Shown here: piece by piece, positions 20,446-29,759 of the stretch
Position numbering within the stretch: position 1 is the stretch's first letter
Layout of the letters: each line of letters begins with the position of its first letter
DNA from: Gemmatimonadota bacterium
Lineage (GTDB): Bacteria; Gemmatimonadota; Gemmatimonadetes; Gemmatimonadales; GWC2-71-9
Direction: 5' to 3'
Length of the DNA: 64,000 bases
Assembly: GCA_039588295.1 (NCBI GenBank)
Contig: JBDHAB010000002.1
Location: 143,663 to 207,662, forward strand
Position numbers and translations under genes: made by a program
Notes under the pieces: model-generated
What the model was told of the DNA's origin: nothing
What the model saw: only the letters and a program-made list of their open reading frames with translations
The model's database searches: none

Positions 20446-21054
20446 CTAGCTCACGCGTCCTACTTCTCCCGAGCGCACGAGATGCTCGAGCGCGACTGCC
20501 GGACACAGATGATCGTCGATGTAGTCGAGCAAGACAGCCGCCACGCCGCGAACGGCCTTTTCCGTCGCTGCGTCCGTACATCGTCCGGTTTCATCGAACA
20601 CCTGCTGGACGCTTGCCACCGAGACCGGACCGGGCAGGACGAGTGCACCGACGTGCGAGCAGACGCCGCGGAGCTGTTCCAGTGACTTGATGGCTCCGAT
20701 GCGACCCGCCGCGACCCCGAGCAACGCAACGGGCTTGCGAGCCAACCGCGAGGGGAAACCCAGGTTTTCAAGCATAAGCTTGAGCGCACTCGCAAATGAC
20801 CCGTGGTATTCAGGCGTGGCGATTACCACACCCGTCGCGGCGGCGACGATTTGCTGCAGTTTGACGGCGTCAGCGGTCTCCGGCTCGCCTGGAAAGCCCA
20901 GCGTCATATCGGCCGGGTCGATACACGTCACGGGAATGCCTCGCTTGGTCAACTCGTCGTTGACGAGACTCAACGCCTTCGCCGTGTAGTTGCCGGGTCG
21001 TGCCGTCCCAATGATGGTCGCGACGTTGAGTCGGGCGTCTTCGGTCACGTGCAC
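20446..21054 (-). CDS. NADPH-dependent FMN reductase (flavodoxin-like)
   Basis: GTARPGN, ATPEYHGSF..LK, GRIGA. Confidence 0.88.
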   Translation of the reverse strand: MHVTEDARLNVATIIGTARPGNYTAKALSLVNDELTKRGIPVTCIDPADMTLGFPGEPETADAVKLQQIVAAATGVVIATPEYHGSFASALKLMLENLGFPSRLARKPVALLGVAAGRIGAIKSLEQLRGVCSHVGALVLPGPVSVASVQQVFDETGRCTDAATEKAVRGVAAVLLDYIDDHLCPAVALEHLVRSGEVGRVS

Positions 21055-21087
21055 TCCTCGGTAGTGAGAGGCAGATCGCGCGGGATC

Positions 21088-21783
21088 TCAGTCGGACACC
21101 GTAAACCGATGCCACGTTCCATCGCGATAGTAGTACAGCACACCCGCCTTCTCGTAGTAGGACACGATAAACGCATCGGTAGTCAACACCAGGACTTCGG
21201 TCTCCCACGGCGATTTGACCGTGCCAGGGCCGACCCTGGACAGTCCTTCACCGAGACCGAGGTACAGGTCACGGGCTTCGTCAGGTTCGGTCCGGAAGCG
21301 ACGGACCTCGTTTGGGAGTGGCGACAGCACGTCGAGCTCGCTGACTTGCGATCCTCCAGAAGACGAGAGGATCACGAGTCGTCGTCCGGTTTCGTGATTG
21401 TCACCGTCGATGACGACGTCCCGAACCGTGTCACCGTTGAAATCACCGATCACCGCGAACGGTGCTTCGTGCGCCGAGAATTCGTAAAGATCGGACCCGC
21501 ACCCCTGGCAAGGCGCTTCACGCCATAGCCACGGGGGGTAGTCGCTCAGCTGCCGCGGCTCGAAGGCCGCATCGAATCGCTGAAGAGCGGTGGCCATCTC
21601 GTCCGGCAGGACTATGACCGGCCGATCGTCCTGTAACACGAGCGACTGTCCACCGACTGGAGTCGTGGCCCCGATAGCGAGAAATGCGGCGAGGCTCAAC
21701 GCGCGATTCACCCGGGGCCCTAGGAAGGAGCGCTCGCCGCCCAGGACTACTCGAAGCGCGCGGTCGTCAGTCGTTGCGGCCAT
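21088..21783 (-). CDS. Exported hypothetical protein with FG-GAP-like motif
   Basis: GGAGG RBS; signal-like segment; IGDFNGDTVRD. Confidence 0.6.
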   Translation of the reverse strand: MAATTDDRALRVVLGGERSFLGPRVNRALSLAAFLAIGATTPVGGQSLVLQDDRPVIVLPDEMATALQRFDAAFEPRQLSDYPPWLWREAPCQGCGSDLYEFSAHEAPFAVIGDFNGDTVRDVVIDGDNHETGRRLVILSSSGGSQVSELDVLSPLPNEVRRFRTEPDEARDLYLGLGEGLSRVGPGTVKSPWETEVLVLTTDAFIVSYYEKAGVLYYYRDGTWHRFTVSD

Positions 21784-21933
21784 TGGATGTCCTCCGAGCC
21801 CACGGGGTCAGTGCCTCAGTAGGAGTCAGCGTTCTCGAGTCACTCGGTGACCGGCCCTTCTTCGGTGAACAGAGGAAACTTGTCTCCGGCGTTCTGCATT
21901 GCGCCAATGCAGACGTACTGGACCGAGATTCGG

Positions 21934-22305
21934 TCACAAGCCTCGAGCCTGCTCGACTGGTGCGGCCCGACCCCCTCCCACCACCCGAACCACCCGCGCG
22001 ATGACCCACGCAAGGCCCCACGCGAGGACTTCGTAGAGCGAGACCATCACCCCGACACCCGCCAGGCCGCTTAGGATATTGCCCCCCGGGCTCAGCGCGT
22101 CGGCCGTCAGCCCCTCCCTGTAGGCGTCGAATTCCTCGACGTACTCGTCGTAGGTGATGCTGTCGGCGCGCGCTACGTTCGCGCGATCCTCCACAATCAT
22201 CGCGTACCCCAGCACTGCCCCCAGTGTGATTACCAGGATCGTCTTGGCAATGCCACGGTAGGAACGCGGTCCGGGAAATCGAAACGTGAGCGTGGCCTCG
22301 GGCAT
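21934..22305 (-). CDS. Two-TM hypothetical protein
   Basis: ATG 22305 with GGAG RBS; two hydrophobic segments. Confidence 0.55.
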   Translation of the reverse strand: MPEATLTFRFPGPRSYRGIAKTILVITLGAVLGYAMIVEDRANVARADSITYDEYVEEFDAYREGLTADALSPGGNILSGLAGVGVMVSLYEVLAWGLAWVIARVVRVVGGGRAAPVEQARGL

Positions 22306-22561
22306 CAGGGTCTCCAGGGAAGAGGGCCGCGCGAGTGACTCGCGGGTTCGTTCGTTGCTCGTTCGGCGGCACCCCAATAGGACCGCCGCGAATCTCGGGC
22401 CGGTCGATCTACGCGATGGACCCCCGGCCAACACGACGTGGCTTCACCTTCGGCAGCCCCCTCGATCAGCGGTGCCGGTAGGGTCCAAGCGGGCGCAATG
22501 CCTACCTCCTTGTCGTCCGTTGTCAGTCGGCCTCCTGGAACCGTCCGTGGGCCCCAGCGAC

Positions 22562-23068
22562 CTACATCCTGTAGATCCGAAACGTCTTGATGTATCCCTT
22601 CGAGGTCAACTCAATTTCTCGTCCGACGGTGCCCAGCTCGTAGAACAACACGGTCTCGTCATCGTCGTCATCCTGCCGCACGGGCTTTCCGAACACGCTG
22701 ATGACATCGCTCACCCGCCTCAGCGATTCGCCTGAGAGATCGCTGCCCGCGAAGCGGATGACGCCTCGGTAGGGTTGGAACTCGGGGAAGAGCCAGTCGG
22801 GTATGGTGACGACGACGAAGTTGTCAATCGTCTCTCCACCGGGCGTGTCGGTCTCCACCACCAGGCCCAGCTCTCGAAACTCGAAGCAACTCGGCGAGCG
22901 CCAATCGGCATACGCCGGACCAAGAAACGAGAGCCCGCGAAGCGAGTCACCCAGGCCGACTCCGTTGATCGTGTTCGCGTCGAGGTCGAGCTCGAGGGCT
23001 ACCGTACGCTCTCTCACCCACCCTTCGGTTGGATTCGGTGGTTTTCGGAATCGATCGAGGAGCCCCAT
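22562..23068 (-). CDS. Hypothetical protein
   Basis: 168-aa ORF with protein-like composition (MGLLDRFRK start). Confidence 0.65.
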   Translation of the reverse strand: MGLLDRFRKPPNPTEGWVRERTVALELDLDANTINGVGLGDSLRGLSFLGPAYADWRSPSCFEFRELGLVVETDTPGGETIDNFVVVTIPDWLFPEFQPYRGVIRFAGSDLSGESLRRVSDVISVFGKPVRQDDDDDETVLFYELGTVGREIELTSKGYIKTFRIYRM

Positions 23069-23105
23069 GTTCTCGCAGCCGCTCAGCGCCCGGGAGCCGG
23101 CCAGC

Positions 23106-23693
23106 TCATGGCGTCTCGGCGTGGTCTGCCTCAGTACAATTGGGCATCACATCGTATCCAAGGTAGTAGTAGAAGTGCCAACGGCGTGGATCGGTGGGGG
23201 CTTCGCCCGACCAAACGGTGATGTGCAGACCCTCCGTACTCGTGCACATCCGAAGTCGCTCACGCGTTCCGTCGGCGTCGAGATCACCCAACAGGCCACC
23301 ATTCTCAATGTAGAGCCGCTCTGCTCCACCGAAGACGGCGACCAACGGCCCGGGGCCTGTGCGCAGCTCTTCCGACGGAGTGACTCGATACCGGACCGTC
23401 GACTGCCCCGCATGAAGCTCTCCACACGACCCTGGTTCCGGACCGCGTACCGTGACATGACCGACTACGGGCGCCTCCGCACTTCCGACGAGCGGGACGG
23501 AGGCGGTCTCGAGTGTGGTTCCGGAGTCCAGGTCCGCCCTGGGGATGACGAGGCAGTGTACGCCATCCAGATCTCGGACGACCACACCTACGTCAGTTGC
23601 GAACGCGAATTGGGGCGGCTCAGGGGGAGCGCAAGCCAGGGTTAGGAGCACCAAGGCACTCGGGACTGACCGGATGGATGGGGATTGGCTCAT
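23106..23693 (-). CDS. Lipoprotein, hypothetical
   Basis: Lipobox TLAC; DLDADG, CTSTEGLH, WHFYYYLGYDV..C. Confidence 0.7.
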   Translation of the reverse strand: MSQSPSIRSVPSALVLLTLACAPPEPPQFAFATDVGVVVRDLDGVHCLVIPRADLDSGTTLETASVPLVGSAEAPVVGHVTVRGPEPGSCGELHAGQSTVRYRVTPSEELRTGPGPLVAVFGGAERLYIENGGLLGDLDADGTRERLRMCTSTEGLHITVWSGEAPTDPRRWHFYYYLGYDVMPNCTEADHAETP

Positions 23694-23820
23694 GACGGCC
23701 TTTGGGTCACGACAGGACAGAAGAAGGGGTTCACGCTGCGTCAGCCTGTGCAAAGCACTTAACGGTTCGCAGCTCGCCGGCTGGCGTGTCTTTCAACCGT
23801 CGGTGCAGAAACGGCAAGAG

Positions 23821-24240
23821 TCAACTCGCCATCTTGATGGCCGCAAGCTTCACAACGATGCGCAGGTCCTTCTTGTTCCTGACCTCGACACGAACGCCTC
23901 TGCCCTCCACGTACTGTCTCGCGCTGTCTATGGCGTCGAGAAGTGCTTTCGGCAAGTCACTTTGGTGCGCGGCCCGGACGGCCTTCTCACCGAGTACGAA
24001 AGCGACGATGAAGTAGCGTCTGCAGGGGATCATGTAGAGAACGGTTCGCTGCTTCCGCTTCAGGCGCAGTGCCCACCCGGCTTTCTGTCCTGAGAAGCCC
24101 CAGTGTTCGGTCACAGGTTCGTACCGCGAAGAGACATGCGCTCTCAGTTCCTTCCAGAGACCACCGCTACGTCCGAGCGTTTCTGCCAACTCGCGGTCGC
24201 GCGGCGAGTGCGACTTGTCGTCAAACGCGCTCAGGGCCAT
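23821..24240 (-). CDS. DUF3788-like protein
   Basis: W.FSGQKAGWALRLKRKQRTVLY, YVEGRG. Confidence 0.75.
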   Translation of the reverse strand: MALSAFDDKSHSPRDRELAETLGRSGGLWKELRAHVSSRYEPVTEHWGFSGQKAGWALRLKRKQRTVLYMIPCRRYFIVAFVLGEKAVRAAHQSDLPKALLDAIDSARQYVEGRGVRVEVRNKKDLRIVVKLAAIKMAS

Positions 24241-24251
24241 CGACAAACATC

Positions 24252-24629
24252 CTACAGCGCACTTCCCAGGATCAGGGCCGCAGCGACGGCCGTCTTGATC
24301 ACCGGGCAGATCTTGAAGTGCACGATAGCCGTGCGGCCGCCGGTCACTGCCGTCCAGCCCGCGAGCAGCACCAGCATGAGGGCAACGGCACGGTAGATGA
24401 GGATCGCGCCCGGTGCGGTGCGGCTGAGCAACAAGGTTGCCAGTAGACTCAGAACGCCGAGGAACATGAGCGTCATACCCTCGGCGACCCATTCCATCGT
24501 GAGGACACGCCGGTTATCCACACCCAGTGGCTCAAACCCGTTGACAACCGACCGTGTCGGCACGATGTGCGCGAGACCCCAGAGAAGAATGGTGACGGAG
24601 CCGGCGTAGAGAAGGATCGTGGCGGTCAT
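24252..24629 (-). CDS. Four-TM membrane protein
   Basis: WGLAHIVPT, MEWVAEG, FKICP. Confidence 0.75.
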   Translation of the reverse strand: MTATILLYAGSVTILLWGLAHIVPTRSVVNGFEPLGVDNRRVLTMEWVAEGMTLMFLGVLSLLATLLLSRTAPGAILIYRAVALMLVLLAGWTAVTGGRTAIVHFKICPVIKTAVAAALILGSAL

Positions 24630-24681
24630 GAGCGGCCCTCCGGCGACGCGTACGCAGAAGCGCTTCGGGTGTCGGCTTCGG

Positions 24682-24900
24682 CTAGCGCTTCTTCTTCGTC
24701 TTCCGCTTCACGGTCTTGCGCTTGGCAACCTTGCGCCGTTTGGCCTTCTTCTTCACCACGCGTTTCTTGACGGCCTTCTTGCGCTTCTTGGCTGCCTTCT
24801 TACGCTTTCTCTCCGCACCGGGCTGATGGTGCTCGCAGAAGTTGCTGTCCTGGATCGCATCCCAGGGGCACTTGCGCTTCATACACTTGACAGAGCTCAT
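24682..24900 (-). CDS. 72-aa protein: Cys/His Zn-finger-like head plus Lys/Arg-rich histone H1-like tail
   Basis: ATG overlaps upstream stop (TGATG); C-x4-C-x10-C-x-H-H then KRKKAAKKRKKAVKKRVVKKKAKRRK... Confidence 0.65.
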   Translation of the reverse strand: MSSVKCMKRKCPWDAIQDSNFCEHHQPGAERKRKKAAKKRKKAVKKRVVKKKAKRRKVAKRKTVKRKTKKKR

Positions 24901-25451
24901 CAGGAGACCTGCGTAAGCATGGGGGTGACGATATTGAGCACCACCAACACCGAGACAATCACCATTGCGATGAGGAGCACGAACTGCGCCCACGACACAA
25001 GATCCGCCTTCGCCTTATTCACACCGTGGGCGTGCAGGTTGGCGTTCCGCCACATGGTGAGCTGATCACCCACGAACCGGGGCACGCGCTCGTCCAGCTC
25101 CTCCGTGTCCGTGACTTGCAGGAGGGCCCTGATCTGGCCATCGATCTGTTGACCAAGTGGCGGTCCCACAACCTCGCGAATTCGGAGCGCGAACACTGAC
25201 AGGATGACGGCGGCAACCAGAAGTAGCACGCCGGTCACGAGCAGAAGTTTCTCGGACGTCCCGGGGGCAGACGTAACGAGATTGCGAACAAACGCAAACA
25301 CGGCCGCCAAGAAGATCCCGGCGACCGCCACGGTGCCCTGCGCCTTGCTGTCGATATGGCGCCAGGTGTCGGACAGATCGCGGTATTCGTCACGATAGCT
25401 CTGCAGAGCGTCGGTGAGCAGCCGATCTCGGGACGAACCCCGGTCGTTCAT
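24900..25451 (-). CDS. Three-TM membrane protein resembling PycTM/DUF5706 effectors
   Basis: IDSKA then TM1-TM2, soluble helices, NKAKA then TM3; GAGG RBS. Confidence 0.55.
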   Translation of the reverse strand: MNDRGSSRDRLLTDALQSYRDEYRDLSDTWRHIDSKAQGTVAVAGIFLAAVFAFVRNLVTSAPGTSEKLLLVTGVLLLVAAVILSVFALRIREVVGPPLGQQIDGQIRALLQVTDTEELDERVPRFVGDQLTMWRNANLHAHGVNKAKADLVSWAQFVLLIAMVIVSVLVVLNIVTPMLTQVS

Positions 25452-25546
25452 CTCTTCCTCGCGGGCCCGAGGGTCAGAGGAGAAGCACCTTGCAGCACAT
25501 AAGCTGCTCCTTGCAGTCCGTTATCCGCAAGAGTCGATGCGTTGTT

Positions 25547-26155
25547 CTACTGGATCCTCAGCTTCGCCCGGAAGTCACCAGATACGTCGACCCGACGAAA
25601 GACGTCCTGGGTCATCGAGACGTATGACAGGCGCACGGCGGAAAACGAGCCCTCGACGTACCCGTCCTCCATATTCGCGATCCGGAGTCGCAAACTCGAC
25701 TCGACGTCCTGGTGCACGCCAACGTCGTCCGTCAGGCTGAGTTGCATGGCAACACCAAGCTCGGGATCGTTGACATCGCTGAGGTCCATGTCGCGTTCCA
25801 CCAGATCGTACACGCTTGCCAGCTCCATTCTCCACTGAATGGCCCCACTCGGAACGGCGGTGACGATATTCACCTTGGCTGGATCCTGACCCAACGCCAA
25901 GAAGTACCGGTTTGCGTCGGGGAGTCGCATGGCCACAAACTCGACGTGCTCGAACTCGTAGCTTCGACCGTCGACGGCGAAGCGCACATACGTGTCGTTC
26001 CCCAGCTCCGCGCAGCCCAGCGCAATCGCTGTGAAGCACCAGACTGCAGATGTACGAAGGCGAACATCAGCCGCTGAGACCCCACCGACACATAATGTCT
26101 TCAAGCGCACAGGAACCTCCTCGCGATTGCTACGTGACCCTCGGTTCAGACGCAT
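25547..26155 (-). CDS. Probable lipoprotein, hypothetical (start uncertain)
   Basis: ALGC lipobox-like; beta-rich, ends GDFRAKL. Confidence 0.55.
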   Translation of the reverse strand: MRLNRGSRSNREEVPVRLKTLCVGGVSAADVRLRTSAVWCFTAIALGCAELGNDTYVRFAVDGRSYEFEHVEFVAMRLPDANRYFLALGQDPAKVNIVTAVPSGAIQWRMELASVYDLVERDMDLSDVNDPELGVAMQLSLTDDVGVHQDVESSLRLRIANMEDGYVEGSFSAVRLSYVSMTQDVFRRVDVSGDFRAKLRIQ

Positions 26156-26225
26156 GGGATCCGCAGAGATTCCTTCCGGATGAGCAGGCGGCGGCCGGTC
26201 GCGAGGCGTACGAGCAGATCGAGCA

Positions 26226-26618
26226 TCAGCGTGTTGGAGGCACCGAGACTTTGGGAAGCGCCGCGGCTGCGACGAGCGTCAGGCCGCCCACCGCGAGAAG
26301 GATCGCCGTGGGGGGGATGAACCCGAGGAACCACAGTTGGAGCCCGGCGGCTCCAAACGGACAAAATGCGGCGATGACGAGGATCAGTCGTCCCGGAGCG
26401 GTAGGCCGGAACGCCACAACGAGAACAATCAGGCCGACTACGGCCAAATTGAAGGCAAACACGAGCCACAGGGCGGGCACGACTTGCTGGAGATCGGCCT
26501 GCGACTGTGCCGCCAACCCAGTGACGGAGCCGTAGCCCGTGGTATGCAGCGCCGCTGTGGCCAGGAAGCTGGCGCCCGCGACCGCAGTGAGGAGTGTTCC
26601 GATCTGGCGACGGTTCAT
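26226..26618 (-). CDS. Four-TM membrane protein
   Basis: ATG 26618 with GAGGG RBS; ALHTTGY; hydrophobic. Confidence 0.7.
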   Translation of the reverse strand: MNRRQIGTLLTAVAGASFLATAALHTTGYGSVTGLAAQSQADLQQVVPALWLVFAFNLAVVGLIVLVVAFRPTAPGRLILVIAAFCPFGAAGLQLWFLGFIPPTAILLAVGGLTLVAAAALPKVSVPPTR

Positions 26619-26763
26619 GGTATTCCCTCTTCGCGTCGCGGTCGACACGCGCGGGTGTGGTCCAACGGCAGCCCATACACTGCGGGGGTAACTGTTCTGC
26701 GCGCAAGGCGGGGTGTGGTTCCGCGATACGCGTGTGGGCGATGCGATGAACTCTCTGTGCGGA

Positions 26764-27270
26764 CTACTCCTGCTGCGGAACGGGATCGTTCCAGATGTAG
26801 CGGGCGATCTTCCACGCGCCCTCAGGCTGCCGGCGCACGATCATGAGGTAGTTCCCAGCATTGGAGAGAGTTTGCATGACGCCGTCGCTCTCGAACGAAA
26901 ACGTCAGGGATATGGTACCGCGAGCGTAAGCCAAGTCCCCGCTTCCCGAGATCTCCACGGGTTCCATGGTGAACGCCGTCACGCGGGCCGGTGGGACATC
27001 CGGCGGCCAGAACTGGCGCCGAATGGCATCGAGTCCCTCAACGACCGGAGCGCCGTGGTGCGGCATGAGCACCGCGTCGTCCGTGAAGGTCGCCAGGACG
27101 GAGGCGGAATCGTCCGCAAGCCACGCACCGGTGTACGCCTCGCTCAGCTCCCGAATGGCTGCGATATCCCCCGAAGACAGCGGAGCGTCTTCGGTTTCGT
27201 CTTCGGCGCATGCGACAACGGCGGCCAAGAGAGCGACGCCGGTCAGCGTTCGACTTGGAAGCAATCGCAT
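26764..27270 (-). CDS. SnoaL/NTF2-like (DUF4440/YybH) lipoprotein
   Basis: Lipobox VVAC; FTDDAVLMP, GDLAYARG, WKIARYIWN. Confidence 0.85.
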   Translation of the reverse strand: MRLLPSRTLTGVALLAAVVACAEDETEDAPLSSGDIAAIRELSEAYTGAWLADDSASVLATFTDDAVLMPHHGAPVVEGLDAIRRQFWPPDVPPARVTAFTMEPVEISGSGDLAYARGTISLTFSFESDGVMQTLSNAGNYLMIVRRQPEGAWKIARYIWNDPVPQQE

Positions 27271-27326
27271 CAGTGTCTCTCCCGTGCCATGTGACCGTCA
27301 GCGTTAGCGAACTCCATACGGTACTG

Positions 27327-27929
27327 CTACCCGGGCGGCAGCACAACGTCGTTCGCGTGATGCGCTGCCAATGCCCGCGCGTAGCTGCGGATCAGCTCGC
27401 CCTTTGGTGTCGATCGGTCGGCACCCCACACGGTGCCCGGGAAATCCAATGTGCGCTGAATCGCCCAGATGGCGGCGTGCTCACCGGGTGGGAACAGCTG
27501 TGCCGGGCTGCCGACGGCGACCCATCCGATCGGGACCGTAGTGTCCGACGGCACAGTGGTGTTGACGTGAACGACGGCGTTGATCCGGACCTCTGCTTCT
27601 GTCCCAATGCTGGCGCCGTTGAACACCGTGACGCCCGTCGCGAGGAACACGTCGTCTGCCACCGAGCAGCCGCTGAGGTAGGCATGGGGCCCGACCAACA
27701 CCCGCGCTCCCAGGACCGCAGAGTGCTTCGGCGTTCCGCGCACCACGGCATGTTCCATGATCACGCAATCCGGGCCTACTACCACTGGACCGCCGTCAGC
27801 CGTGATCACAGCCCCGAACAGCACGCTGGAATTGGGCCCGACGGTAACATCCCCGCTGAGCGCCGCGTTGGGGGCGACATAGGCCGACTCGTCAACTCGG
27901 GGGCTGGCTCCGCGATGCTCGATGAGCAC
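27327..27929 (-). CDS. Gamma-carbonic-anhydrase-like hexapeptide-repeat protein
   Basis: P.VDESAYVAPNA.LSGDVTVG, hexapeptide repeats, GSPA. Confidence 0.85.
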   Translation of the reverse strand: MLIEHRGASPRVDESAYVAPNAALSGDVTVGPNSSVLFGAVITADGGPVVVGPDCVIMEHAVVRGTPKHSAVLGARVLVGPHAYLSGCSVADDVFLATGVTVFNGASIGTEAEVRINAVVHVNTTVPSDTTVPIGWVAVGSPAQLFPPGEHAAIWAIQRTLDFPGTVWGADRSTPKGELIRSYARALAAHHANDVVLPPG

Positions 27930-27972
27930 GGATCACTCCTTGAATCGAAGACCTATGGGTTGACTCCGGATC

Positions 27973-28446
27973 TCAGCGACCTCGTGCGATTGCGTTCACC
28001 TGTTTCGTGTGGTGCCCGTAATCTCCGATGAGATCGTCGATGGTGCTCCGAATGGTTATGACTTCGCCCTGGTGCCTCACACCGTAGTCACGATTCCACT
28101 CATCGGGGTCCAGCGACTGTAGAAAAAGCGTCAATTCCCGAGTAGAGGCCTCGAGCTCGACAAGCAACGCTTCCCGATTCCTGGACGGGTATTCTCGGAC
28201 GAGAACCGCGTTCACCGTGCTGTAGTTCTCCCCGGGATCGACATCGTAGAACGGGAGTCTTCTCTGCCGTATCTGCCGGCTTCCCTCTATGACGTATCGG
28301 TTCCAGCCGATCAGATGCGCCACCATGTCCCTCGGTGACCAGCCGTTGAGCCTCGCAAGGAAGCATTCGTCACTCAGTGAGGTCATGCTCCGTGCAAGCG
28401 CCGCAACCGCCGCCTGGAGTCGGGCGGTCTGCCTTTCGATTGTCAC
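27973..28446 (-). CDS. DinB/ClbS-like four-helix bundle protein
   Basis: WSPRDMVAHLIGWN ... DYGHH. Confidence 0.8.
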   Translation of the reverse strand: MTIERQTARLQAAVAALARSMTSLSDECFLARLNGWSPRDMVAHLIGWNRYVIEGSRQIRQRRLPFYDVDPGENYSTVNAVLVREYPSRNREALLVELEASTRELTLFLQSLDPDEWNRDYGVRHQGEVITIRSTIDDLIGDYGHHTKQVNAIARGR

Positions 28447-28466
28447 GACACCTTCTCCCTGACGAT

Positions 28467-29315
28467 CTAGTGACGTCGGCTCCAGCCACGGGAGTGCTTC
28501 ACGTGCTTCGGCGCGTCGAACTTCGTGCGGCTCAACACCTCATCCAAGTCCTCGACCTCGAGGAACGGACCGTAGTTGAGGTAATCCGTGCCCGATGGGA
28601 CGGTGAGGGTGCCGTCGGGGAAGATCATGACGTATAGACGGTCGAGCGTCTCGTGGGTGAGCCAGTTGATGGGAAATGCATGAAATGACGTCTCCACCAG
28701 CCGACGCAGCGTGTCGAAATCCGCGTCGGACACCACCAAGGTGTCCCACTCGACTTCGCTCATCGCCCGTGGGAACGCTTGGAACAGGTTGTAGAACAAA
28801 CGGTTGGGGATATGCTCGGCACGCTCATCCAACAAACGCACAATCGCGGGCACATCTCGCAGGTTATGCAGCGTCACGGGAGTGGCGATCTTCACGTCGA
28901 TCGCGGGGAAGTCGGCCAAGATGTCCAGGTCCTGCATGACGCGCGTGAAATGTCCTTCCTTCTTGGTACGGCGCGAGACGGGTTCCGATGCGCCGTCCAG
29001 CGGCAGAGAGATCAGGTCGATCGACGCGCCATATTCGACCAGGAACTCACGCGTCAGCTCGTCACCGGTCGTCGAGATCGCGACCTCCAGACCCACTTCT
29101 TTTGCCACTTCCACGAGTGATCCGATATCCTTGCGCAGCAGTGGGTCGCCTCCGGTGAACACCACGCGCCGTGCGCCGACTGCCGCAATCTTGCGCACAA
29201 TCTCCACAGCAGTCGACGTATCTACGGGGTGCTCGAACCCCTGCGGCCCCCAGCAGTAGGTGCACTCCTGATTGCACTCCGCGGTAACGTGGAAATCGAT
29301 GGTAACGACCGACAC
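28467..29315 (-). CDS. Radical SAM enzyme, viperin-like
   Basis: CNQECTYC, FTGGDP; viperin-like blocks FHVT, YGASIDLI, KIATPVT..N, LFQ, SDADF, YVMIFPDG, FD..H; no SPASM cysteines. Confidence 0.8.
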   Translation of the reverse strand: MSVVTIDFHVTAECNQECTYCWGPQGFEHPVDTSTAVEIVRKIAAVGARRVVFTGGDPLLRKDIGSLVEVAKEVGLEVAISTTGDELTREFLVEYGASIDLISLPLDGASEPVSRRTKKEGHFTRVMQDLDILADFPAIDVKIATPVTLHNLRDVPAIVRLLDERAEHIPNRLFYNLFQAFPRAMSEVEWDTLVVSDADFDTLRRLVETSFHAFPINWLTHETLDRLYVMIFPDGTLTVPSGTDYLNYGPFLEVEDLDEVLSRTKFDAPKHVKHSRGWSRRH

Positions 29316-29325
29316 CAGATCTCCC

Positions 29326-29679
29326 TCAGGCCCGCTCTACTTCCACCGCCTCCATCAGGATCGACCGAATGGTCTCGAGCGGCAGGTCTTCGAGACGCGT
29401 GAACCGGATGCACTCCTTACCCATGTCCAACCCACGCAGGTCATCAGCGTATTTGGCAAACAACCCGGTGTGGATATACAGACACATGTACTTCTTGCGC
29501 GAGGCGAACGCGCACAACGGCCCGCCCTTGTACTCATACGTCGGCATCCTGTACCGCATTGATTCGACCGCGTCGGGCACGACGTCTTGAATCAGGGCAC
29601 GCAACACCGCGAGGGCAGCGTGCGTCGCGGGCTCGAGGCCCTCCAGGTACGCGTCAACTTCGGAATGCAGGGTGATCAT
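29326..29679 (-). CDS. DUF1801 (YdhG-like) protein
   Basis: VDAYL, ESMRYRMPTY, GKECIRF. Confidence 0.85.
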   Translation of the reverse strand: MITLHSEVDAYLEGLEPATHAALAVLRALIQDVVPDAVESMRYRMPTYEYKGGPLCAFASRKKYMCLYIHTGLFAKYADDLRGLDMGKECIRFTRLEDLPLETIRSILMEAVEVERA

Positions 29680-29759
29680 TCGTACGCTCCCGTCAATGGC
29701 GCGTTCGGTCCGGCCTCGCACAGGGCGCAGCGGCCAAGGCGCTCAGATGATCGACTCTG

